Shown: one piece after another, positions 13,369 through 25,040 of the stretch
How positions within the stretch are numbered: position 1 is the first letter of the stretch
Layout: each line of letters starts with the position of its first letter
Assembly (NCBI GenBank): GCA_009103225.1
Contig: RHPI01002533.1
Location: 338,841-402,840, forward strand
Direction: 5' to 3'
From: Chlorokybus atmophyticus
Taxonomy: Eukaryota > Plantae > Mesostigma and Chlorokybus algae
Length of the DNA: 64,000 nucleotides
Notes under the pieces: generated by a model
What the model was told of the DNA's origin: nothing
Databases searched by the model: none
Seen by the model: only the letters and a program-made list of their open reading frames with translations
Made by a program: the position numbers and the translations under genes

Positions 13369-15653
13369 CCCGGCATCAATTGACCTGCCTACCTCCCAAC
13401 CAGATCAAGCCGCAGTGTGTCTTCGTGTGCCAGTGACAGTGCGCTCATACCACCGCTGCTCACCTGACTGCGAGCTGATGCCTCAGAGCTACGCAAAGCA
13501 CGCGCCCACACACTCTTTACGTCGTGCTGTCAACACACGGACGCGCTCCACACCCCTCCCACCCGCCTTGCCTTGCTGCTGCTGCGTTGCTCCTGTTGCT
13601 GTTGTACGAGTAACTAACCGCAAGCATCTGTTGCTACAGGTTTGCGCTTTGACTGCCTTGTCACCTTGCCCCTTCGCCCCATTCGCATGCACTTAGTAGT
13701 CACATAGCTAGTGCGTATGCCCTTGCTGGAATACAGTCCTACCCTGCTTGTGCTTGTGTTTTGCCGTGGTGCTATGCTGGTTGCTTTGCATCAGCCTCTC
13801 AGATAAGCCTAGACACATGTGTAGCGGGGCGTGGTTCGCTTTGCATGTGTGACCTCATACAAGTTGGGTAGCATGCGAGAACACTGCGGCGTTGGTGACA
13901 AGAGCTGGGGCATACATGGTCCTTGCAGCATCCATCTGCTGAAGGGGTTGCATCCATGGTGTATGCTTATTGTTCATGCATGATCCTCACTTGTATAGTA
14001 TGCGTGCCTTGACCGGTCTTCTGCTCTCTGTGCTGTGCACATGCGCCTTTGCATTTGGCATGGTCTCTGTGCATAAGATGCGGAGGAATGCCGAGAATAA
14101 GCGGCGCATGCGTGTGTTTTGTGTCAACTCAACTCAAATCATGTACGTGGTAATGGTAGCATTAGCACATATCTATACACCAAGGCACACAGCGCGAGGG
14201 TTGACTATTCGGTGGGGCTTATTGTATATGCAGCAACACTGATGTGACTAGAGCAACTGAGCACACTACTACACATCACATCACCGCATGTAATGAAGCC
14301 AGCAAGCAGTGGTAGTGGTAGGGTTTGCAGCACATCAACGATTAGTTCTTAGTGGCAACAAGCAAGCAAGCAAATAAACTACAGAGTGGCAGTAGCGTGG
14401 TGCTGTGGCCCAACAGGAGCACGCCCACGCAAGCAGCAGCAGAGCAAGAGCAGCACCCCACCTGAAATGGCAGCGCCACAGTTAGAAACTTGCCAAAGCG
14501 GGAAAGTTCCGACTGTGGCCTCCGGAGTCTTAAGTCCCACGTTGTGTTGCGCGCGTGGGGGAAAATGCACTACATGCAGTCAGTTGGCACTTGCAATGTG
14601 TTAGTCATGTCAGAAATTCGGCATTGCAATGAGTGAGTATAGGCAACTGCAAGCACCAGCAAGTTGAGGACGGGGTAGCATGCATTTGAGATAGGTGTTG
14701 CACGCAAGCATGCAGGGTGCATGAGCGCCGTACAGTGCAGGACAGTGAGGTGGGCAGCTCTAGTGTAGTGGTGGTGTTTAAGCAAACACCTGTCTCAAAT
14801 GTGCTTGTATGCACAGTACGCTATGGCAGTCAGATTCGTGCATAAGCAGACTTTGTTGGTGTTGTAGGGCGCTTGTACATACAGCACTTACGAATGCACT
14901 GCACAGGTAGTGCAAGAGTTGTGTTGCAAGCCAGCGATTGTGAAAATGCAACCTTTCAACTGAGTATCATGAGAGATTTGAGATGTGGTGTGTAAGAGTG
15001 TGCAGGATATGCTCGGGTGGTGAGCGCGTGGATGCTATGATTACTTTGTACATAGGTACGTATAGTTTGACGAATATGCCGTGAGATGTGGGGTGTATGT
15101 ACATATGTACATGTACCTCTGTGAGGTGCTGCGTCAGCTCCGGTTGCGCGCCGACCAGTCCCACGTTCTGACCTTTTGACATGGAGGTCAACCTCATTTG
15201 TCAGCTAGATGGTGTGCAGAGGCTCAAACTCTCAATCTTGCTGCCGTGAGAGCAATCAGAGCCTACGTACTCATTGAACTTGACTGCACAAGAAGGTGCA
15301 GTGATATTGCACAAAGGCATACACAATAGCATACTGCATACTCGCGTGCGTGTGTGCGTGCGAGCGTGTGTAGCCCGCATAAATTTTGCGAGTTGAAGCA
15401 CGTCTTTTGCCAAACCACAGGGTGTATCTGACAGAACATGTTTCATCCACCCAACCACTTAGATACAGACTACACCTGTCCGTACTGTTACAAAATTGCT
15501 GCTACTGCAGTCACTACATGGCAACCCAAACTGTTTAAGTGCTTGCAAACACTCAACCTGCTGGGACAAAACTGCTACTACAGTGATGCATGCACGTGCT
15601 TCTCAGTGCATGAATGACTGTAAATGGAGCATGACCAGCAAGCCTTAACAGTC

Positions 15654-18600
15654 TCAACTGTCCAGGAACAGGGGCGCCATCACCAGAGTGATTGTCGCCA
15701 GCATCTTGATGAGCACATGCAAGGACGGGCCCGCGGTGTCCTTGAACGGGTCACCAACGGTGTCGCCGGTGATAGCGGCTTTGTGAGTCTCACTTCCCTT
15801 ACCGCCGTGAGCGCCGCTTTCAATGTACTTCTTCGCGTTGTCCCATGCCCCGCCCGCCGTGTTGAGGAACAACGCCATGAGGATACCCGTTGCGGTGGCG
15901 AACATGAGCATGCTAGCCACAGCCTTGGCGCCGAGCAAGGTTTGACCCGTGTTGGCGCCGAGGATGCGGAAGAACACGCCCACAGCAATAGGGGAGAAGA
16001 CGGCAAGCAGGCCCGGTCGAATCATCTCACGCAGAGCCGACTCGGCCACAATCGACACGCAGCGGGCATAGTCCGGCTTCTCCTGGTACGTCATGATGCC
16101 CGGTCGCTCGATGAACTGCCTTCGCACCTCGTTTACGACCTCGCCGGCTGCGCGGCCGACGGCAACGCAGGCCCACGCACTGAACACAAACACCATGCAG
16201 GCGCCGAGCAAGCCACCAATGAACACCTCCGGGACGGCGATGTCAACGCTGGTGAACGGGATGCCGGTAAAACTGGACACCTCATCCATGTATGCGCTGA
16301 ACAGGAGGAAGGATGCCAAGGCGGCGGAACCAATGGAGTATCCTTTTGTTGTAGCCTTCGTGGTGTTACCGACGGCATCTAGCAGATCCGTGATCTCGCG
16401 CACGCTCTCAGGTTGTTGGCTCATCTCCACAATGCCTCCAGCATTGTCGGCAATGGGCCCGAACACGTCCATTGTCAGTACGTACGCTGCCGTGCTGAGC
16501 ATGCCCATTGTAGCCACAGCGGTGCCAAACAAACCACCGGTTGGCTGGCCGGTCTCTGCATCCTTCAAACCTGAGGTTCTTCCAAGCCAATAAGCCGTAA
16601 TGATTGCAGTGCTAATTACCAACACCGGCATGCCTGTGGACTCCATGCCGAGACCAACACCGGCGATAATGTTGGTGCCGTGTCCTGTACGGCTTATGAT
16701 CACTCACTGGAGGCAAAGCATGTGCGCAAGCAATGTCGCACGTCGTAGCAACAGCTCACTTGCGACAATATCAGTGCCTCAGTGCCTAGTGCATACCTGT
16801 TGTACTAGCCTCGGCCAAGAGACGCACAGGCTTGTACTTGTAGTCAGTGTAGTACTGTGCGATCCATACAAAGAGGTACGCGGTGATGATGCCAACGACC
16901 CCACAAAGAGCGAAATGAAACCAGGCTCCAGGGACATCCGGGACGGACAGCATCCAGTATGTTGACTGTCGCGTGTAACGCAGGTTGGTTACCCTTGTGG
17001 TGTGCAAATGCCGTTAACGCATTACACAGCATGTTACTTACTCCCATAAATGCTATAAAGGCCAGGATAAGAGTGACGGTGTAGCCTTGCGTGAGGATGG
17101 CCATGGGATCCTCCTTCGTTCTAGTTGACTTTCCGCGTACTGACAGGATGCCAGCGGCAGACACAATGAGGTCAAATGAATGAACCACGAGCGGGAAGAG
17201 GATGAAACCGCTAGGATCTGTTGACCAGAGTCAGGACTGACCAATGAACAATAGACAGTACAAAGTGGTCTTGTGGAACAACCTGCTGTGAGTGTCCATG
17301 CAAGCCGTTTGACAAATGCAAGACAACTGCGCTCAAGGTACGGACTAGTGCAGCGTACAAGAGGAGGGGTGGGACGCGTACCTTTGATGTTGCATTTCTT
17401 GGCCATGGTGCCACCAAGAATCATGGCACTGATAATCTCAGCTGCAATGCTCTCAAACAAGTCGGCACCTCTTGCAGCACAGTCTCCGACGTTGTCACCA
17501 ACCTGGCCACATGCTGACTGTCAGTCTGTTCAACACGGAAGCTGGCTGCCACTAGCGAGAATGACCATCAGCACCATTGAATCACCGTGCCCCCCCCCCA
17601 CCCACCACACACCCCTCCCGCGCCTCCCGTTGTAATGCAGTTGCCATGTATACAAGCAAACATCTAAGACACTGATGTGAAAAAGCCAAGACTACTTGTC
17701 TGCACGAACATACGCAGGTGCGAGAGCGCATATGCAGGGAACCCTCCGCAAAGTAGCATACCAAGTCGGCAATGACGGCAGGGTTGCGCGCATCATCCTC
17801 AGGAATACCGGCCTCCACCTTGCCAACAAGGTCCGCCCCAACATCTGCTGCCTTTGTGTATATGCCGCCACCCAGCTGTGCAAAAAGCGCCACAAACGAT
17901 GCTCCAAACCCATAGCCAACTAGCAGCAATGGCACTGTGCACACAGCCACATGTATGATTTTGGCAAAGCACAAATCTGCGTCAAGACACAAACAGCAAG
18001 TTCAAACGCCAGCTCGTACCGTCTGTCATAGCGATGCCTTGACCCTTATCACTGCTGAAGTAAACAAAGAAAGTGGCGAAAAGAACAGCAACACCCAGCA
18101 CGGTCAACGCCACAACCAGTATAGCTGAAAAGCCACCCGCGCGTAGAGCAATCTGCCAAGTTCATTGCAACAAGGTTAACTTACTATACACCTGTGACAT
18201 TGGCATCAACGCGTAGGGCATCCTGCACATTTTCCCCCGGGCCCACGCTGGGGGGGGGGGGGAGGGGGGGACACATGCCTGCAGTGCTTCCCGTGCAGAG
18301 CGCCGAGCAGCAGCTGCAACGCGGACATTGGCGCGGACAGACACCCACATGCCAACATAGCCAGCAATTCCAGAACAAACTGCCCCGAGTGTAAACGAGA
18401 CAACAGTCATGTAAGCTAGTGTTGACCTGCAGTACCACACCACAAGTTGTCACCACCGCCAGCCTTACTTAGCAAGCTCATAAGCGCATGCAGGAGGATG
18501 AAAACTTTTGCTGCAGTGATCACAGGAGTCGCACCGCCTACCTGCTCAGCCCAGCTTCATCCTGTTCCTTGGTTGTTTTTCTGAACATGTATATGCCCAA

Positions 18601-19743
18601 AATAACCATGGCAAGCAAGACAGCCAGCTTCGAAATTGCTCCGTACTGTGTTCTGAAAAAACCCTCAGCGCCATCACGAATGGCATCAGATATCTGTTGA
18701 ACATCCGCTGCTCAGTCAGCACAACAGCGCCCAAAGAAGCGTCAGAGAGCTACTTGTTGCAATGGTTACAGCCATGCTCACCTTAGTCATTTCCTGAGGA
18801 CCCTCATCTTTCTCAAGCACCCACTGTGCCAGGTACATGGCAAAGCCAAAGCTAAGGACACACACTATAAAAACGAACATGATCACCGGAGAGCTTTGCA
18901 GGCCAATGTACAGCAGTCCAGCGCCGATAGTCAGCAGCAGAACATAATATAACCTCCTGTCCAAGCTTGCTAATGCTCGCAGTGGCTGGAGGATAGCAAC
19001 AGAGTTTAGTCATGTTGCCCACTTGGTGCGATGCAGATAACTGTCCCGACCTCCTTACACACTGGATGCAATGCAGATAAACAAAACCATACCACAACTG
19101 TCAACACGTGTAGAGCACATAGGACGCCCCAACAGAATGCCACGCTGCATGAGCCTGGCTAAGCCAAAAGAGAAACCTGTGTTGACTGAATGTAGTCACT
19201 CGTATGCACTTGCTACACGTATGCGACCACCATGCATGCAACCAACACCAATAAGTGATTAAATTTATGGAGTGTGCTGTTTGAACACAGTGCATTGCAT
19301 GCACTCATGCACAACTGCAAGATCCGTAATTCATGATCCGCCATGTCGGTGCATGCCACGCTTGATTATTCTATATGTATGCAGATGGCTATGCCATGAG
19401 TACAATGCTGCCTGAAACCACTTATCTCGACAAACACAGCAATTGCAAACTGCACTGGGATCTGTGCTCAGTAGTATGGCTGAGGAAGCAGCGTCGTAGC
19501 ATACTTGACACTCACCCCGTTCGATCGTGCCGCGCTGTACACTCTGCGCGGCGCAGAGCCCGCATACATAGGCTTGCGCTCTCCGCCCTCCATGTCCTTG
19601 AGGTCGTCATCCATGGCGATTGCCACCGGCGTTCCGTTGCTGCTGGTGTTGCGACGCTGGACGGCGAGCTCTCCGGCACCTGTCCCCAGCGTTGGCAGAT
19701 CTGCCGCACTTCCTACGTGCCGCAGGATGGGCTGAGCCGACAT
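15654..19743 (-). CDS. AVP2: Type II (K+-independent) H+-translocating pyrophosphatase, AVP2/VHP2-like
   Basis: [24 protein letters not shown]; [12 protein letters not shown]; [37 protein letters not shown]|VGDNVGD; [16 protein letters not shown]; [13 protein letters not shown] (Lys at the K+-independence position); [12 protein letters not shown]; [21 protein letters not shown]. Confidence 0.95.
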
Positions 19744-20285
19744 TGAGCTAGGAGGCTCAGCACCACCTTGCCACCACAGTTATGTGCGACCACGTAGGGA
19801 ACAATGCGCTTTGTCACAGTGAAAACCCACACGAAACAGTTACGTTGCCCGCATGCCGGGGCAATGTAATGTAACTTCACGGCACAGCTGTCACTTGAAG
19901 GGTAAAACGTTGCAGCACCACGAACACGTACAAAGCCACACACCAGGTGCTTGTAATTCACTCTTTTGCGCGTTCCAGTTGCGGAGACGAGCCTTGCTTG
20001 CTACAGCAGATGGCTTGAAGCAGAGCTATCCACTAAGAAGCGGCGGAGGTGGAGGCGGCGGAGGCGTTGTTCAGCATGTCCACCATGCTACATTGCCCCA
20101 CACAGCTGACCGGCCGTTAGCATGGGATATCGACACTGGGCAACAAGCCTACGCAGCGTCACACGCTCCTTGCGCCAACGGCCGAACTTCCGTCGGTCTG
20201 CGATGATGCGTTTTGCCCGTCTGCGCAAGGGACTGTGCCTGCCGCTGCTGCGCGTCGCGGACTCCATTGCGGTTTACTGCAAGTA

Positions 20286-21081
20286 GGGTAAATCGCCCAA
20301 ACTTCGTGGGTTTTTTCGGTTTTAAGGTTTTTGTAAGAGCTATTGTGACTTTCCGGCGGTGATGTATATATGTTCTTTCTTGTAGTTAAAAGTATTATCT
20401 ATAAATCGGTAATGTTTGCAGACTATCTGCACCAGTGACGCGTTGTCGGCAGCGCCAAAGTTGGGTGTTTTAGGGCTACCCTAAAACGGAGTTCGCCCTA
20501 ACTTCGTAACAGAATGGCCATTTCTCAAGCTATTTGACTGCCGTTGTAGGGTAGGAAGTGGTGTGCTTTTGGGCAGTAAGACCGGCGATGGTCTTCCCCA
20601 GCAACAACAAGGCCGTCACCAACTTTACGGCCGCTCAAACTTGGTATAGCGATGATACCGTATGGTGCCCATGGCCCTGGATGTGGGCCTTAGAGGGCCT
20701 TATAGGGGAGAACCACTATAACGTCAATAACTTATAGCTTGCCGCGGCAAATGGCATGGAACCCCAAAACTTAGTTTTACATGATATACGCTTCTTGCTA
20801 CGTTTTACCTCACTCGTTTTTTTGAAGAGTTACAAAAGTTATGAGCTAAATAAGCGTTTTAAAATTAAGGGTCGAAAGTAATTAATTTATGTATATTCAA
20901 TAAATACTAGCGCAATACATACTTAATGAGACAAGGCGGTTTTTGGTTTGTTGGAGAGCTCCCAATTACATACAGATCCTCCCAAAGTTTCAAGCCAATC
21001 AGACTTAAGATGTGCCTAATAGCGCACGCAAAGTGACATATACGAAATTAGGTGCGTTTACGAAGTTGGGGCGATTTACCC
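20286..21081. mobile_element. Non-autonomous DNA transposon (MITE-like), 796 bp, 22-bp TIRs, TA at both flanks
   Basis: Left end GGGTAAATCGCCCAAACTTCGT (20286-20307); right end ACGAAGTTGGGGCGATTTACCC (21060-21081) is its reverse complement with 1 mismatch. TA at 20284-20285 and 21082-21083. Internal copy of GCCCTAACTTCGTA near 20495. No ORF. Confidence 0.8.
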
Positions 21082-22653
21082 TAACGTAATTAGTTGAAAA
21101 TGCCGACTCGGCATAGGGTTCCTTGCTGCTAGCTGAGCAAATTCAGTGCATGGTAATTAATGGGACAACCATTGGGCTTTGCGGAACTGGTGGGCTTTAT
21201 ATTACCATGGCTTTATGTTGCATACAACCAATGGTTAACAATGTCAACCTTGTGTGACAACAAATGCAATTACATGCCTGCTCAGCTTGCACGTCGACAA
21301 CATAAAGCATCACATTGTGATGCGTTATTACAACAAATGAGCGATTACAGCATTGACATTAAGAATTAAAATGATACATGCGCGAATCAAGTTGCTCTTA
21401 CGTAGCTTGTTGTTTGTTAAAAGAAAACTGTAGCAACGAACGGTCCACTCATGCACAATGTTACATATGTGACACTTGCTGCAACATCAGCGCTTTAACC
21501 ACGGGGCCATGGCAGAAAGAGTTTTTTTTATAGGGGGCGCCACATGCCATTTAACATGTGCCATAACCATATGTCAAAATAGAGATAAACTCTTGTGTAG
21601 TGTTATGCTATGCACTCTGCACCGCGCCATGCATTGCACTCGAGCATTCATGCACAAGCAACCAAGTCTTACAAACAGCACTATATGGTTAAATACAAGC
21701 AAGCAGTCATTCACGACCACATTGACAACAACCATTATAAACATAAGAGATTGGCCCTAACCTCCTAGCATTCAACAACAGACCTTGCACGACACCAGCT
21801 TGCATGCGCACTTACCTGCAGCAACAGCGCTGCAATCACTTACTGTCCAGCAGTGGGCTCATGTTGTGACACTTGCAGCAGTGGTAAGGGTTGGTTTAAA
21901 CAATAATTAATTATGTTTTTGAACATAATCTGAATAAAGTATCCTTTTAATTGTTCTAGCCTACTGAACGGCCATTACGGAACAAACCTGCCTTAAAAAA
22001 TTGTTCTTTGCTCGGGGGTTGGGAGTACGAGACCGAAGTAGCATAAACAAGCATATTGCCATACAATTGGCTCATGTACATGTATACAGATGTTATTGAC
22101 ATACAAACTATTGCTATGGGTATATGTTGAATGTGTCAGCAATGACCTTATCACGTATATTGCTTACGTTATTTTAAATACACGACTATGTATCAATGTC
22201 AATAAATATTAATTGTGGTATGTAGCATACTATCCGGATGTCTCATGTGAACATAACAAGCAACAAATGTAAGTAGTGTTGCAGAATCTGGTCAAACTGA
22301 TCACTCCATCACTCAATCGCTCCATCACTAGTATATGAGAAAGGCGCGCGGGTGGAAATCATTTGCTGTTGGTTATATTGAAGCTCGGGCCACAGCTTGC
22401 CTTGCATAAGTTTACGGGCCCCAGATGCAATGCACCTGGGGCTATGACATCTGCACTCCCAGCACGTTGCTGCTGGCCTGTTGAGCAGCAAATCAGCAGC
22501 CGCGTGGAACATGCAACCAAATTGCACAGCAGTCTCACTCCATCTCAACGCTATGAGGAGCGCACAGAATCATGCCAAACACAAGGGGAAACCATTGTTT
22601 ACACAAAAACCTCTAGATAACAAAAGCTATGCAGCTAATCAGCCACCTGGCCA

Positions 22654-24794
22654 CTACAAGAAAGCCCCCTTCTCTAGAAGCTTAACCACCTCAGTCTGAT
22701 TGTTCAGCTGTGCAACATCCATCGCCGTCTTCTGGTCCTTGTTACGGAGCGTGCTGCGAAACGGACCCATCAGTATGTACGTCAACATATCAGCAAGGGA
22801 AGCATGTGCACCTCTCTATAGTTACCGAGAAGCATGTAGTGGACGCAGACAAGCACACACCAACTTGCAGTACGGACAAGCACAGCATCACATCGCAATG
22901 AGTGACCGACCAAAATGGAAAAGACAAGCTTCTGAGACTTACAGGTTTGCGCCGCTATCAATCAGCAACTTCACAATGTCCTCCCGTCCATATCCAGCAG
23001 CATAATGAAGCGCGGTGTTGTTGTTCTTGTCAACAGCATCAGGGTTTGCAGACTTGTCCAGAAGCGCCTCCGCACAATCAAGCTGCCAAACGCATAGCGT
23101 TAATGCATTGCACAGCGCCTGGTAGCTGCTATGACATAAGCTATGCCGTTTACCCGTATTTATACCTCTCCATAACCACATGCAAAGTGCAAGGCTGTGC
23201 GTCCCTCGCTATCCTTTTCGTCCTTGTCAGCACCCTCCTCGAGCAGCTTCTTCATTGTCTGTCAGCACACACATGTCACAACACACAGCAACAGTTAAAA
23301 CCCGCATCCACTTAAGCAACGCCATGCAATTCTGCAAGCACATGGCCAGTACACACCTCCACGTCACCATTGCTTGCACATGAGTGCAGCGTAGGCTCTC
23401 CATCCTCTTCTTCATCCCCTTCCTCACCCTCAACACCTTCTTCCTCCTCATCTTCGTCACCCTCAGGCAAACCACCTGGAAAGCCTCCAGGCATCATACC
23501 CGGAGGGAAGCCACCCCCCGGGAAACCACCCCCCATAACTGAACCAAGCTTGCCGAGAATTTCGGGGTCATTCCAATATCTGCAAACAACAGGTGATGCG
23601 CAGTGCAGAGATCAACAACCCAGCTTAATCACAGACCAACACATGGAACATGGCCGGAATGTTTCAGCTGCCAGCATCAGCACCTTTCGAACAAGCAATC
23701 AACCGAGCTTGCATCGCATTCAATCAGACACCTACTTCATCATGGCAGCTGGCCCTCCGGTCTCAATTTCCTGCAAGATGGGCTTCAACACTGGATCCTC
23801 CTTCAGCTTCTCCATACGCTGCTGCATTTCCTGTTGGTATGACGGGTTCTGCATGCTCCGCATGATGTTTGCCATCTCTGGGTCTTGCTGCAAATGACAT
23901 ATATCAGTGCACTGCAAGCAACCCGTGTCCCATGCAGACTATGCAAGAACATGCCGGCACCCAGTATGAACATGCGCCAAAAACGCTTCAGCAACAAAGA
24001 CAACGCAGGTGTTATAAACTGTCAGCTGCTTAGAACCTGCATGAGCTGCGAGCCCAGTTGCTCTGCCATTCGCATGAACTGCGGGTTCTGCATGACGGAT
24101 GACATGGCATTCATGTACTGGGTGGGATCAATGACGGGTTGCTCTGCAACTGCGCCGCCCTGTGCACTGCGGCTAGCTCCCATTGTGGCTTGCAGCTGCT
24201 GCGTCATCTGTGCAAAAGCGGGGTCCTGTGCAATCTGCTCAGCCATCTGTCGAATGCTGGGGTCCTGCGCCAGATTGCATGGTCATATGACCAGTAGTCA
24301 GGAAACTGAGGAACCTGATGAAACTGATAAAAAGTGTACAGAAGCAACGCAGTTGTCGAGTTTTTGGCCAGCCAATAACAATGTCAGCGGACAGTACATG
24401 AGGCATGCATGGTGTCCTTTCGCATCGTGCTGTACAGGGCAGCACTCACGTTGAGAACGTTGCTCATTGCAGAGAAGTCGAAAGGGCTGGGAACAGCGCC
24501 TGCGGGCGGTGCACCTGCCGTGGCGTTTCCATTGGCGTTGCCGCCTGCATGCAGCGGAAGCATCCTATGATAAGGGGATCACAGCGCGCAAAAAGACGAA
24601 AAAGGCGCAGAAAGGTTCGCAGCAACTTATGTGCAGCTACAGGTGCACCGCGCTAGCACCGGCACGACCAGCAAGGATGTAGTTGGCATTTTTCGAGGGC
24701 ATGCAGTCCACCTCACAGGCGTCCTACAGAGTGCACAACCGCCACCCCCAGAACACCCTCACTTACCGGCGGGGGTGCTGTCCTCGCCTGCCAT
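22654..24794 (-). CDS. AKR2: Ankyrin repeat domain-containing protein 2 (AKR2A/B-like membrane-protein chaperone)
   Basis: [12 protein letters not shown]|[17 protein letters not shown]; [26 protein letters not shown]; [23 protein letters not shown]|YWND; acidic linker; [16 protein letters not shown]; [18 protein letters not shown]; C-terminal [11 protein letters not shown]. Confidence 0.93.
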
Positions 24795-25040
24795 CTCGCT
24801 CGGCACTCTCTCCCCTACCCTTGGTTTCCGCCGCTGCTTGGTCCCTTCTCCTCCGCCGCCGCCGCCGCAGCAGCCGAACCTACTCGTCACCTTCGTATCT
24901 AGGGTTTTGGGCTCAGAACCAGATGACTGTGCTCAGTAAGTTTCACTGAACTTCACGAACTTGCTTGCCACATGTGACTCGGGCACGATGTGAGGCGGAG
25001 CAGTGCTCGGGGTCGTGTCTGTGCATTGCCAGCTGGCGGC
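24795..25040. promoter_or_regulatory. 246-bp bidirectional AKR2/SOQ1 intergenic region with telo-box and site-II-like motif
   Basis: ATGs at 24794 (-) and 25041 (+). TAGGGTTT (telo-box reverse complement) at 24900-24907, immediately followed by TGGGCT at 24908-24913. Confidence 0.5.

Noticed and set aside
13400-15600. Possible small spliced gene between NFKBIL1 and the H+-PPase (hydrophobic stretch at 13990-14110)
   Set aside because: Candidate exons could not be joined in a consistent frame and no family motif was recognised.
15624-16965. Long plus-strand ORFs opposite the H+-PPase (and 41980-42687 opposite EF-G, 61047-61733 and 62515-63243 opposite the kinase gene)
   Set aside because: Antisense shadows of GC-rich coding exons with no recognisable motifs.
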